DNA of 64,000 bases from Eledone cirrhosa (Eukaryota), in contig OZ024746.1 of NCBI GenBank assembly GCA_964016885.1, positions 6,882,001-6,946,000 of the forward strand, given 5' to 3'. Below the pieces are notes generated by a model. The model ran no database searches and was not told the origin of the DNA. It saw nothing but the letters and a program-made list of their open reading frames with translations. Below are positions 41,976 through 54,744 of the stretch, piece by piece; the first letter of the stretch is position 1; each line of letters begins with the position of its first letter. A program made the position numbers and the translations under genes.

Positions 41976-42439
41976 TATGGTGGGATGTGATTTGGCTGAG
42001 TGATGAGTAGAAGAGGAAGGGGTGACTTCCAATATTGTAGGAGATGAAGTGGTGATTGATAGTGATGGAGGTGTGGGTGGTGTGGTAACTAGTGTGTGTC
42101 GGGGTGCAGTGTAGTGATGAAGAGAAAACATGTTAAAGCTAAATATCAAAACCTCAACTCTCTCTTAGTAATAATAATGGTTTCTGGGAGGTGAAAGTCC
42201 AGTGCATTACTGGTACTTTATTTCATCGACTCCGTAAGGATGAAAGGCAAAGCTAACCTTGGCAGGATTTGAACTCAGATCGTAAAGCACCGTAACCCTA
42301 TGCCATAAAGCATGTTGTCCGATGCTCTACCGATACTGCCAATCCACATAGACCAAAATCAGAAGAGGGCTCGATAAGGATTGTATATATATAAGTATAT
42401 ATATGTAAATATAAGTATATATATATATATATATATATA

Positions 42440-42840
42440 TTACCCAATTACACCTCTCAAAGGCAATGACACACGACCGTGATCTCTGGCGTCACACAGT
42501 AATACAGAGTACCCGACCTCCCATGGGTACAAGCTGAAGCATATAGACAATATGCCCAAACACCCTCCCACCGCAAGGTGGTCGTGGAGGTGCCACAGCA
42601 AAAAAAGCACCCAGCCCACACTGTAAAGTGGACGTGTAGGCGCCACGAAAAAGCACCCAGCACTCACTGTAAATGAGGTTGGTGTTAGGAAGGGCATCCA
42701 GCAGTAGAAATCAAGCCAAATCAGTTCCTGTATGAGCAAGGCATGGTCAGCCGACCAGACACTGCCCACAACAGGACAACCCATCTAACCCATGCTAGCG
42801 TGGAAGAACGGACGTAAAACGGTGATGATGATGATGATGA
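42440..42840 (+). mobile_element. RTE LINE 3' end
   Basis: Very similar in reverse to 9120-9490; (GAT)n tail. Confidence 0.88.
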
Positions 42841-42873
42841 TATATATATATATAAGTATATATAAACCCATAG

Positions 42874-42950
42874 AGCAAATATTTCTGCTTTCACCCTATG
42901 TGGGATCTTCTGAAAGATCCTGTAAAGGGTGAAAACAGAAATTCTTTGCT
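42874..42950. repeat. Imperfect palindrome of two decayed hammerhead motifs
   Basis: Arm consensus CTGAAGA-t ccc acata ggg t-GAAA-gcaga aata tttgc-TC; stem I 5' strand is lost at the fold point. Confidence 0.55.
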
Positions 42951-43699
42951 TAAACTTTAATATGTACTAATAATGAATATATATAATGATTTAATATAGA
43001 AAAGATTTCTACAGGATTAGAACTGTTTCATACAAATCTCAAACTGTGACACGCCACCCAGGCTTTGCTCTTCTTCTCAACCACATCATTCTCTGTGTTC
43101 CCAATCTTTGCTCCCAGATACAGGAAGTCCTCAACCAACTCTAGCAGCTTCCAGCCTACAATCATAATCTTCTCTGGCTTCTTAATATTCTCTACCAGAT
43201 ACTTTGTCTTAATCTCATTCATTCTCAGCTCTTCACTCATCAACACAGTTTCTACCTCCTTCATCAACTCTTCTGCCTCCTTCACTGTGTTTGTCACCAG
43301 AACTATGTTGTCAGCAAATTCAGCATCTGATATCTTTTGAGCCTTAACTCTCTCTCTCTATATATATATAAACCTTGAAGGACCACACAATAATGGTTGA
43401 GCTAATCCTATGTATCTATTCCCATCATCACTATACAGCCTGAAGGCAATCCATAATACTAGAAATGATGCCTTAGTCTAGCTCACCAATCTCGATTTGT
43501 CACGTTCTAACCATTGTGCCTATGCCATACAGTAAGGAAGAGAAGACTATGCACCTTCATTCTATCCTACCTAACAGCATTAAATTCCGTCACTTTTGTC
43601 CTACATTCATCACATACTTGCCATCCTTCTTATCTCATCTTGTATTCCCCATCACTAAACAAGTTTGCCTTGAAACAAGGCAGCCTCCTTCTCTAATAG

Positions 43700-44130
43700 C
43701 AGGATTGGATTTAGACCTTGTGGGGTCCAGGGCATCATACTTGAGGGGGGGGAGGGCAACAGACTTGGGGGGCCCAACGCATCAGATTTGGGTGACCCAG
43801 AGCATCAGACTTGGGGGGCCCAGGGCAACAGACTTGGGAGGCCCAGGGCATGAGACTTGGGGGGGGGGGTCTAGGGCATCAGACTTTGGAGGCCCAGAGC
43901 ATCAGACTTGGGGGGGCCCAAGGCATCGACTTGGGAGGCCCAGGGCATCAGACTTAGGGGGGGGGGGCTCATACACTAGGTACAAGTAATTGGAATTGAA
44001 AAGTTATACAAACAGGTATTAAATTCAAAAATTCCAACCATCCTAAACCTAAAAAGCCCAGCGGAGGGCACAAATAAATTGCTACGACTGTTACAATTGC
44101 CCCCACCCCACACCATTAAATCCAACCCTG
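43700..44130. mobile_element. hAT-like MITE with internal G-rich ~24-bp repeats (inverted partial copy 47048-47332)
   Basis: TIRs caggattggattta / taaatccaaccctg; interior shared with 47130-47240 in reverse; no clean TSD. Confidence 0.6.
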
Positions 44131-44974
44131 CTCATAAAGTAGACAGGTCTATCAAGTCAAAGATAAATACTCTCTCATCTCTTGTTCCTGCAGAGTTCTT
44201 CCTGACAGAACTATCAAGTACTAGGTTGATCATTTCCTCCAATATAACGGTTTCTGATTTAGGCACAATTTGGGGAGGAGGAGAAAATCGATCCCAGTGC
44301 ATTACTGGTACTTTGAAAGGCAAAACTAACCTGAGAGGGATTTGAACTCAGAACATAAAGGACCGTAACTCTACGAAGCAGGGTGTCTAACGTTCTACCG
44401 ATACTGTCAATCCACTGCCACCCTATTTCCACCAATATAATAATATAAGATTACCTACAATCTACCGACTGTTGGCAGCATGAAGTGCATCCAGTACACT
44501 CTGTAAAGAGGATGACATTAGAAAAAGAAGCCATCAGTAGAAAACATGTTGCATAAAGACATGACAATCTCCCCAGTGCCAGTATCACAATAAAGTGCAC
44601 CCAGTACACTCTGAAAAGTGGTTGGTGATCGGAAAAGCACAAGGACTGGGAAGACCACAAATCAGAGTAGTACTCAATGCATGGAGAGGTGCAGAGTAGG
44701 AATATAAATTAGGTAGAGATTTAACTGCTAGTCGGATCACTACCTCAATAATATAATGGTTTCTTATAGAGGCACAAGGCCAGAAATTTTGGGGGAGGGG
44801 AAGGTCGATTAAATCGGCCCCAGTATATTACTGGTACTTTATTTTATCGACCCCGTAAGGATGAAAGGCAAAGTTAACCTCGGCGGGATTTGAACTCAGA
44901 TCATAAAGGGCCGCAACTCTATGCTGCAAAGCATGGCAATACATATATATCATATGTATACATATATACATATA

Positions 44975-45160
44975 TATTAAGGGTAAATAGTGAGTCTTGA
45001 ATTTCACCTATTTATCACAGGGTCATCAGACAGTTCTTCTCTGATGACTCTGATAAACAGGTGAAACTCCAGAGTACTCACTATTTAGCCTTAATAAAAT
45101 ATTAAAACTCTACTCTGGTATTGAGTACTCTTTTCTCTCAGCCATCAACCACATACAGAT
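44975..45160. repeat. Inverted pair of decayed hammerhead-bearing repeats
   Basis: TCATCAG 45023 and CTGATGA 45041 face each other; GAAACTCCAGAGTA at 45063; 3' flank shared with 16350-16455. Confidence 0.6.
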
Positions 45161-45487
45161 ATACATACGGATATATATATGTATGTTTATGGGTGCGTAT
45201 TTTTCTCTGTCTCTTCGGTCTGCGTCAGATATATGTAGTAGAGGCGGTGACGGTTGAAGAACCTTACTTTACATAAAAACCTCGTTTGGCATCAGGAAGA
45301 GCATCATGGTACAGAATTCTACCTAAAAATGTCTCGGCCAACCCATGCTAGCAAGGAGATCAGGACGTAAAATCGATGACAATGTTATACCAGTTAACAA
45401 CCGTTTTCCAACTACCAAACATATATATATGTATATATTACACACACAGACACACACATATATATATATATATGTATATATATAGGT

Positions 45488-45528
45488 CCGAGCTGAAGAT
45501 CCGCATAAGGTGAAACTATTGTTCTCGG
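45488..45528 (+). ncRNA. Type I hammerhead ribozyme motif (minimal)
   Basis: ccgag-CTGAAGA-t cc gcataa gg t-GAAA-c tatt g-TT-ctcgg; perfect 5-bp stem I. Confidence 0.75.
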
Positions 45529-45914
45529 TATGGTGAACTAACTGTTGTGTTACTACTTATATATGAATATATATATATATATATATTCATACTTATGTAC
45601 ATATATATATATATTCATACTTATGTACATATATATATATATATATACGCGCACGCGCACACACACACACACACGCACATATATATGTATATATATATAT
45701 ATATATATAATGTGTGTGTATAAGCATATATATATATATATATATTTTTTTTTTAATATGATATCCCTGAAATATATATAATGAAATAAATATGGTTTTA
45801 TAAATATAGTTTCCATTTATTTAATATCGTAAATATACTCCAAATACTTGTTGAGTGCTTTTATATCAGTTATAAATATTTACTCGTTGTAACCCAACAA
45901 TTTAAATAAAACTT

Positions 45915-45981
<67 letters not shown>

Positions 45982-46071
45982 GCTTATACACACACATTAT
46001 ATATTCGCACGTACGGCAAAGTAAGGAAATTAATTATTACACAAATATATATAACAATTAGAACTACTCAC

Positions 46072-46194
46072 AGAAGTAATAATGTCGTGTAGAAATCTAA
46101 AAGGTGGTTTTGCTAAGAGTTTGTCTGTCAACGGAGGTCTTACGATAATTTTACCAAGTGTGTCTTGAGTTCTTTTGAAAATTTTGGTATCCAT
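46072..46194 (-). CDS. TRAF3IP1: TRAF3IP1/IFT54 (MIP-T3) coding exon 1
   Basis: Translates [41 protein letters not shown], matching the recognisable IFT54 N-terminus (TQxxLGKxIxxPPLTxKLLxKPPFRxLHDII); 123 nt, followed by a GTGAGT donor. Confidence 0.96.
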
Positions 46195-46286
46195 CGTTCT
46201 CAAAATATATTTTATTGGTACATAGATAAGTTTGTTAACTAAAGCTGATTTCCTGTTTTTTTGAAGGGTTTTCGGTCGGTTTTACT

Positions 46287-46491
46287 TGTTTACGAAGCTG
46301 TTAAACCAAGCATTAATGTATAAGATACATATTAATACGAAAACTTTGACAACTGTGCCATGTTTACGTCGTCGCCAGGATAAGTGATTCTAGACCGGCA
46401 TGCATCTAGGCACCTGCGCAAAGCCAACGTCCGCTCAATATTTCCGCGTCCTCGCTTGGTCCGTTGCTATGGACAGCAGACCATTGTTTAC
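46287..46491 (-). promoter_or_regulatory. Probable TRAF3IP1 proximal promoter with RFX X-box-like and forkhead sites
   Basis: Locally CpG-rich; GTTGCTATGGACAGC 46463-46477 (perfect AGCAAC half-site on minus), weaker GTCGCCAGGATAAG 46371-46384, TGTTTAC at 46287, 46361, 46485. Confidence 0.6.
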
Positions 46492-47439
46492 ATTAAGAGA
46501 TAAAGCAACACACAATACCAGCGGCAAAGGAAAAGGTTTTATATTTATAAGCTTATGTACACACATTAGATGACCAAAGATAACAAACTGAACTTCACAT
46601 TTAATTAATTACTATAATATATGATTCATAAACTGACGTTTCTATATTCAATATTTATTCGTAATTATACTTAACGCTAGGAAGTAATAAAATAATTAAT
46701 TCTTTTTGAAGTTAGCCTTTAGTTACCAACCCGACCAAAACCAGTTCTGGTTCTATGAAATAAAATCACACGTTTTAAAGGTTTCTAATTTAAATAGTAT
46801 TCTCGCTATAAAATAATGAATAATTTTAGAAAATCCCTGAAAATTCTTCATTACTTAATTAAAATGAAGTGTATTTCATTAGAAATGCGGTCGTAAAAGG
46901 GTTAAATGTAGGAAATGGTCAACAAAAATGTTGCTTAACTTGTTAATAACATGTGGTGGTTGTGTCCTAATTAGATTCCATAGTTTTAGCTGCCAACTTA
47001 AAATAACTTCTATCAGGAAATCAGCTTTAGTTAACTACTCTCGTGCCCAGGGCTGGATTTAATGGGGCGGGGGGAGAGGTTATTGCCCCGGGTCCCCTGC
47101 AGTGGATGTGGGGACACTAGCGACGAACGTATCAATTTATTTGTGCCCTCGGCTGGATTTGTTTAGTTTTAGGATGGATAGAATTTTTGAATTTAATACC
47201 TGTATCTATAACTTTTCAATTCCAATTACTTGCACCAAGCTAAGATATGTTTAATGGGGGGGGGGGGGGGCTGTGTATTCTAATTTTCTGTGTATGAGCC
47301 TCCCCCCCCCTCCAAACCTGAAGTGCCCTGGACTAATAATTTATCAACTCCGAAAGGATGAAGGGCCAAGTTGACCTCGGCGGGATTTGAACTGAGAGCA
47401 CAGTTAACCAGAAGAAATACAATGGAATTATTAATTCGA

Positions 47440-47626
47440 TGAGCAGTAGATTGGCAGTATCGGTGGAGAGTCAGACGCCATGCTTTGATGCATAGAGTTA
47501 CGGCCCTTTCCATTCTGAGTTCAAATCCCGCTGAGGTTAACTTTGCCTTTCATCCTTACGAGGTCGATAAAATAAAGTACCAGTAATGCACTGGGTAATT
47601 GCTGGCCTTGTGCAAAAAGTAGAAGC
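47440..47626 (+). mobile_element. Same SINE family, with TSD
   Basis: Matches the 28281 copy; flanked by aattattaattcga direct repeats. Confidence 0.85.
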
Positions 47627-47952
47627 AATTATTAATTCGAACTCCCAACAACTCTGCGATTCCGCCATCTTGTTCTCAACCTAAGGAATTTGTGGTTTTC
47701 TGCCAATCTTAAAAATCAATAATTAGATTAATTATGTTCCTTTCCATTCTATGTTCAAACCCCGCTTCAGGTGACATTCCTTTTCATCTTTTCAAAATCA
47801 ATAAAAGAAAATACTAGCCAAGGAATCGATTATTCTTGGGCCCATAAAGTGTGGCCTGGTGCCAATCTTGGTGGTTGGTTTGTTTAGTTTCGGTTTTTTA
47901 TCTGGTTGAGTGGGCGAGAGTATTCTTAAGATGTGTTATGGAGTATTGAATA

Positions 47953-48152
47953 CTAGGGTAGGCTGAAAGTTTCATAGGTTGATCAAGATACTCTCATGGA
48001 ATGACCAAATGAGGTTTATTTTTTAACATAGTCCCTCGAAAGAAATAATGCAGTTATTAAAAAAGGAAGAGTTGAAATTAATACATGCAAGATTTCAGAG
48101 CTCTAGCATCAATCCTTCATAATCAACCTATGAATTTTTTAGCCCAACCTCA
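47953..48152. mobile_element. Tc1/mariner-type MITE (partial copies 53558-53640, 61435-61592)
   Basis: TA-flanked, about 30-bp imperfect TIRs (agggtaggctgaaagtttcataggttga / tcaacctatgaattttttagcccaacct). Confidence 0.75.
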
Positions 48153-48240
48153 TATGGATGTTTAGAGATAATTTTTCCGTGTCGTGGACTGTTTGAAGAT
48201 TCCGTCAATAACAGACTGTGTTGGTGAAGGATAGGGGGAC

Positions 48241-51200
48241 CTGGTCAAGGTAACACTGTCTATCTACACTGGTCAAGGTAACACTGTTTCTCAACACTGG
48301 TCAAGGTAACACTGTCTATCTACACTGATCAAGGTAACACTGTCTCTCAACACTAGTCAAGGTAACACTGATCAAGGTAACACTGTTTCTCTACACTGGT
48401 CAAGGTAACACTGTCTATCTACACTGATCAAGGTAACACTGTTTCTCTACACTGGTCAAGGTAACACTGTTTCTCAACACTGGTCAAGGTAACACTGTCT
48501 ATCTACACTGATCAAGGTAACACTGTTTCTCTACACTGGTCAAGGTAACACTGTTTCTCTACACTGGTCAAGGTAACACTGTCTATCTACACTGGTCAAG
48601 GTAACACTGTTTCTCTACACTGGTCAAGGTAACAGTGTTTCTCTATACTGGTCAAGGTAACACTGTTTCTCTACACTGATCAAGGTAACACTGTTTCTCT
48701 ACACTGGTCAAGGTAACACTGTCTATCTACACTGGTCAGGGTAACACTGTTTCTCTACACTGATCAAGGTAACACTGTTTCTCTACACTGGTCAAGGTAA
48801 CACTGTTTCTCAACACTGATCAAGGTAACACTGTTTCTCTACACTGGTCAAGGTAACACTGTTTCTTTACACTGGTCAGAGTAACACTGTTTCTCTACAC
48901 TGGTCAAGGTAACACTGTTTCTCTACACTGGTCAAGGTAACACTGTTTCTCTACACTGGTCAAGGTAACAGTGTCTATCTACACTGGTCAAGGTAACACT
49001 GTTTCTCTACACTGGTCAAGGTAACACTGTTTCTCTACACTGATCAAGGTAACACTGTTTCTCTACACTGGTCAAGGTAACACTGTTTCTTTACACTGGT
49101 CAGAGTAACACTGTTTCTCTACACTGGTCAAGGTAACACTGTTTCTCTACACTGGTCAAGGTAACACTGTTTCTCTACACTGGTCAAGGTAACAGTGTCT
49201 ATCTACACTGGTCAAGGTAACACTGTTTCTCTACACTGGTCAAGGTAACACTGTTTCTCTACACTGATCAAGGTAACACTGTTTCTCTACACTGGTCAAG
49301 GTAACACTGTTTCTCTACACTGGTCAAGGTAACACTGTTTCTCTACACTGGTCAGGGTAACACTGTTTCTCAACACTGGTCAGAGTAACACTGTTTCTCT
49401 ACACTGGTCAAGGTAACACTGTCTATCTACACTGGTCAAGGTAACACTGTCTCTCAACACTAGTCAAGGTAACACTGTCTATCTACACTGGTCAAGGTAA
49501 CACTGTTTCTCTACACTGGTCAAGGTAACACTGTTTCTCTACACTGATCAAGGTAACACTGTTTCTCTACACTGGTCAAGGTAACACTGTTTCTCTACAC
49601 TGATCAAGGTAACACTGTTTCTCTACACTGATCAAGGTAACAGTGTCTATCTACACTGGTCAAGGTAACACTGTTTCTCTACACTGGTCAAGGTAACACT
49701 GTTTCTCTACACTGATCAAGGTAACACTGTTTCTCTACACTGGTCAAGGTAACACTGTTTCTCTACACTGATCAAGGTAACACTGTTTCTCTACACTGAT
49801 CAAGGTAACAGTGTCTATCTACACTGGTCAAGGTAACACTGTTTCTCTACACTGGTCAAGGTAACACTGTTTCTCTACACTGATCAAGGTAACACTGTTT
49901 CTCTACACTGGTCAAGGTAACACTGTTTCTCTACACTGATCAAGGTAACACTGTTTCTCTACACTGATCAAGGTAACACTGTTTCTCTACACTGATCAAG
50001 GTAACACTGTTTCTCTACACTGGTCAAGGTAACACTGTTTCTCTACACTGATCAAGGTAACACTGTTTCTCTACACTGATCAAGGTAACACTGTTTCTCT
50101 ACACTGGTCAAGGTAACAGTGTCTATCTACACTGGTCAAGGTAACACTGTTTCTCTACACTGGTCAAGGTAACACTGTTTCTCTACACTGATCAAGGTAA
50201 CACTGTTTCTCTACACTGGTCAAGGTAACACTGTTTCTCTACACTGATCAAGGTAACACTGTTTCTCTACACTGGTCAAGGTAACACTGATCAAGGTAAC
50301 AGTGTCTATCTACACTGGTCAAGGTAACACTGTTTCTCTACACTGGTCAAGGTAACACTGTTTCTCTACACTGATCAAGGTAACACTGTTTCTCTACACT
50401 GGTCAAGGTAACACTGTTTCTCTACACTGATCAAGGTAACACTGTTTCTCAACACTGATCAAGGTAACACTGTTTCTCAACACTGGTCAAGGTAACACTG
50501 TTTCTCTACACTGATCAAGGTAACACTGTTTCTCTACACTGGTCAAGGTAACACTGTTTCTCTACACTGGTCAAGGTAACAGTGTCTATCTACACTGGTC
50601 AAGGTAACACTGTTTCTCTACACTGGTCAAGGTAACACTGTTTCTCTACACTGATCAAGGTAACACTGTTTCTCTACACTGGTCAAGGTAACAGTGTCTA
50701 TCTACACTGGTCAAGGTAACACTGTTTCTCTACACTGGTCAAGGTAACACTGTTTCTCTACACTGATCAAGGTAACACTGTTTCTCTACACTGGTCAAGG
50801 TAACACTGTTTCTCTACACTGGTCAAGGTAACAGTGTCTATCTACACTGGTCAAGGTAACACTGTTTCTCTACACTGGTCAAGGTAACACTGTTTCTCTA
50901 CACTGATCAAGGTAACACTGTTTCTCTACACTGGTCAAGGTAACACTGTTTCTCTACACTGGTCAAGGTAACACTGTTTCTCAACACTGATCAAGGTAAC
51001 ACTGTTTCTCTACACTGGTCAAGGTAACACTGTTTCTCTACACTGGTCAAGGTAACACTGTTTCTCAACACTGATCAAGGTAACACTGTTTCTCAACACT
51101 GGTCAAGGTAACACTGTTTCTCTACACTGGTCAAGGTAACAGTGTTTCTCTACACTGGTCAAGGTAACACTGTTTCTCAACACTGATCAAGGTAACACTG

Positions 51201-52470
51201 TTTCTCTACACTGGTCAAGGTAACACTGTTTCTCTACACTGGTCAGGGTAACACTGTTTCTCTACACTGGTCAGGGTAACACTGTTTCTCTACACTGGTC
51301 AAGGTAACACTGTTTCTCTACACTGGTCAAGGTAACACTGTCTATCTACACTGGTCAAGGTAACACTGTCTATCTACACTGGTCAAGGTAACACTGTTTC
51401 TCAACACTGATCAAGGTAACACTGTCTATCTACACTAGTCAAGGTAACACTGTTTTTCTACACTAGTCAAGGTAACACTGTTTCTCAACACTGATCAAGG
51501 TAACACTGTCTATCTACACTAGTCAAGGTAACACTGTTTCTCAACACTGATCAAGGTAACACTGTCTATCTACACTAGTCAAGGTAACACTGTTTCTCAA
51601 CACTGATCAAGGTAACACTGTCTATCTACACTAGTCAAGGTAACACTGTTTCTCAACACTGATCAAGGTAACACTGTCTTTCTACACTAGTCAAGGTAAC
51701 ACTGTTTCTCAACACTGATCAAGGTAACACTGTCTATCTACACTAGTCAAGGTAACACTGTTTCTCAACACTGATCAAGGTAACACTGTCTATCTACACT
51801 AGTCAAGGTAACACTGTTTCTCAACACTGATCAAGGTAACACTGTCTTTCTACACTAGTCAAGGTAACACTGTTTCTCAACACTGATCAAGGTAACACTG
51901 TCTTTCTACACTAGTCAAAGTAACACTGTTTCTCAACACTGATCAAGATAACACTGTCTATCTACACTAGTCAAGGTAACACTGTTTCTCAACACTGATC
52001 AAGGTAACACTGTCTATCTACACTAGTCAAGGTAACACTGTTTCTCAATACTGATCAAGGTAACACTGTCTTTCTACACTAGTCAAGGTAACACTGTTTC
52101 TCAACACTGATCAAGGTAACACTGTCTATCTACACTAGTCAAGGTAACACTGTTTCTCAACACTGATCAAGGTAACACTGTCTATCTACACTAGTCAAGG
52201 TAACACTGTTTCTCAACACTGATCAAGGTAACACTGTCTTTCTACACTAGTCAAGGTAACACTGTTTCTCAACACTGATCAAGGTAACACTGTCTTTCTA
52301 CACTAGTCAAAGTAACACTGTTTCTCAACACTGATCAAGGTAACACTGTCTATCTACACTAGTCAAGGTAACACTGTTTCTCAACACTGATCAAGGTAAC
52401 ACTGTCTTTCTACACTAGTCAAAGTAACACTGTTTCTCTACACTGGTCAAGGTAACACTGTCTATCTATT
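48241..52470. repeat. Satellite array, 28-bp unit, about 150 copies
   Basis: ctggtcaaggtaacactgtttctctaca and variants. Confidence 0.97.
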
Positions 52471-52507
52471 GATATTGGTCAAAGTGTTATCTCTGTGTCT
52501 ACATTTT

Positions 52508-52884
52508 ATGTTGTTATTGTTGGTGTTGTTGTTGTAGTTATTATTGTTGGTGTTGTTGTTGTTGTAGTTGTTGTTATTGTTGTTGTAGTTGTTGTTATTG
52601 TTGTTGTAGTTGTTGTTGATGGGCTGAGTGAGATAGATGTTATGTTTGTTAATGTTACTATCGTAGTGAGGTGGAGGGGGGGTGTATATGTTTCTATTGT
52701 CTCTACGTTTGAGAAGTGATTGTCTGGCAGTTGGAAGCTGCTGTTTCCATTGGATGAACATGGGGTAGGAGTAGATGAAGGAGGAGGAAGAGGAAGCTGA
52801 TGATGGTGATGGTGATGGTGATGATGACGATAATGATGATGATGAGGAGGAGGAGGAGGGTGATGATGATGATGATGGTGATGG

Positions 52885-52915
<31 letters not shown>

Positions 52916-52962
52916 AGTGGTGATGGTGATGATTATGATGGTGGTGATGATGATGATGGTGG

Positions 52963-52994
<32 letters not shown>

Positions 52995-53145
52995 GTGATA
53001 ATGGTGGTGATGATGATTATAATGATGTTGGTGATGATGATGATGGTGGTGATGATGATGATGATGATGATGATGATGGTGATGATAGTGGTGATGATGA
53101 TGATAATGATGTTGGTGATGATGATGATGATGGTGGTGATGGTGG

Positions 53146-53175
<30 letters not shown>
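52508..53175. repeat. (GTT)n and (GAT/GGT)n microsatellites
   Basis: Direct reading: 52508-52620 and 52790-53175. Confidence 0.95.
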
Positions 53176-53176
<1 letters not shown>

Positions 53177-53902
53177 ACACGGGTAATATTGATAAAAGTT
53201 GAAAGACAAGTAAGAGTATATTTTAGATTCATATATTCATAATTTTCCTCGGAGGTTTTAAAAGTTATTCGTTTGATCTGTGATTAATGAACTGGAATAC
53301 TTGAGGACAAGAAAGGAATCCTTGCACAAGTGTAGAACCAAAATAATATCCTAAATGGTGAACTTATCAGGAAATATATTCTTAGGTATGAGAGTCGGCT
53401 GAAATCTGTGAAATATGAAATGCTATTTTATATTTTATTTTTACTGAGGAAGCAGGTTTTCAAAAGACAGTAGATGCCTGGCTAAATGTACCAAAGTTCT
53501 CTCTTGACAGTCATGTCTCATAGCAGACTTATTTCCGATAAATATACCTTACCTACATATGAGGGTCGGTTGAAAAGTTCATAGGCTGGCTATGAAGGAT
53601 TGATGCTAGCGTTATGAAATCTTGCATGTATTAATTTCTAAAACCGTAATGGGAAAAAATATATCTATATAGCTACATCTACTCAACTGTTTAATCAAAC
53701 TTATTATTTTATTTTTTCTTGTGTAAACCGTTAAGAAAACCAAACTCTAAAAGAATGCAGTTATCTCCCATAGAAATGTCCCTGACTTGTTAAAACACCT
53801 TATCTATAAAAGAAACGTATGTAATTATAAACAATTTTGAGGGAGGGGAAAGTCAATTAAATCGACTCCAGTGGATTACTGGTACTTTATTTTATCAAAT
53901 TT

Positions 53903-54736
53903 CTTTTCCGCGATGTACAGTCATATGACATTTACCTAGTATTTCTCCTAGCCTATAGAAATTGACTAGACACATAGTTAACTACACGGAATTAGGTACA
54001 AAATTGAATTTATATATATATACCCTTTGAATTCAATATATACTCCCGTAAGGTTGAGTAAAACTTTAGGCAGTATTCGGCTGCGCTTTCTAGCAACCAG
54101 CCTACTTGCTGACAGGCACCAATCACAAACTGTCTGCCTTGACCACTGGCCAAGTGATGGTTCTTAGCCATTTTGAATTCATTTCTGGCGGGGATCATGG
54201 TAGAAGAATCTTAGTCCAGTCTGAGGTATCTCCTGATGAGTTCCGAGCCTCGTGGATTTATTCAAGACCGGATATATCCAAAAAGTGGAACGAAACCGCC
54301 GGATGGTAGAGACTATGAGAATTTTGGTAAAATTTATGTGTATTTTTTCTTCTAACTTCAATTTTGTACCTAATTCCGTGTAGTTAACTATTTGTCTAGT
54401 CAATTTCTACAGGCTAAAAGGAATATTAGGTAAATATCATGTGACTGTACATCGCGGAAGATAATCTGTATCATTTGTCTATTATTTCTTCATAAATACA
54501 TTTTAAACTTATAGCCTCGTTTAAATGATTTTTTGTGTGGTTAATTTATACTGATTGGGAGAGCAAATACTGTATATATTTTATCTAATGATTCTTTGGA
54601 CTTACATTTTTATAAATTGCTCTGATTAATAATTATTTAATTAATTCTTCATTGAGCCACACCGTGAATGGTTGCCAAATGCATATATGTATCTGTGACT
54701 TTGTCTAATTTATATATATATACCCTTTGAATTCAA
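53903..54736 (+). mobile_element. 700-bp hammerhead-bearing unit with terminal redundancy and inverted 5' fragment
   Basis: 30-nt direct repeat aatttatatatatataccctttgaattcaa at 54007 and 54707; 53906-54010 is an inverted copy of 54353-54459; hammerhead at 54229. Confidence 0.65.
54229..54312 (+). ncRNA. Type I hammerhead ribozyme motif with extended stem II
   Basis: tctc-CTGATGA-gttcc...(tggat/atcca inner helix)...ggaac-GAAA-ccg ccgga tgg-TA-gaga; canonical core, G10.1-C11.1 pair, 4-bp stem III; predicted cleavage after 54308. Confidence 0.87.
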
Positions 54737-54744
54737 CATATATA

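Noticed and set aside
48241-52470. CRISPR-like array (also 24235, 31310, 8563)
   Set aside because: Head-to-tail repeats without unique spacers, no cas genes, eukaryotic context
52462-53242. Poly-Asp/His/Met/Ile ORFs
   Set aside because: (GAT)n and (GTT)n microsatellite artefacts
53903-54462. Classical MITE with 100-bp TIRs
   Set aside because: No TSD seen, and the unit extends past the right arm to a terminal direct repeat; better explained as an inverted 5' fragment
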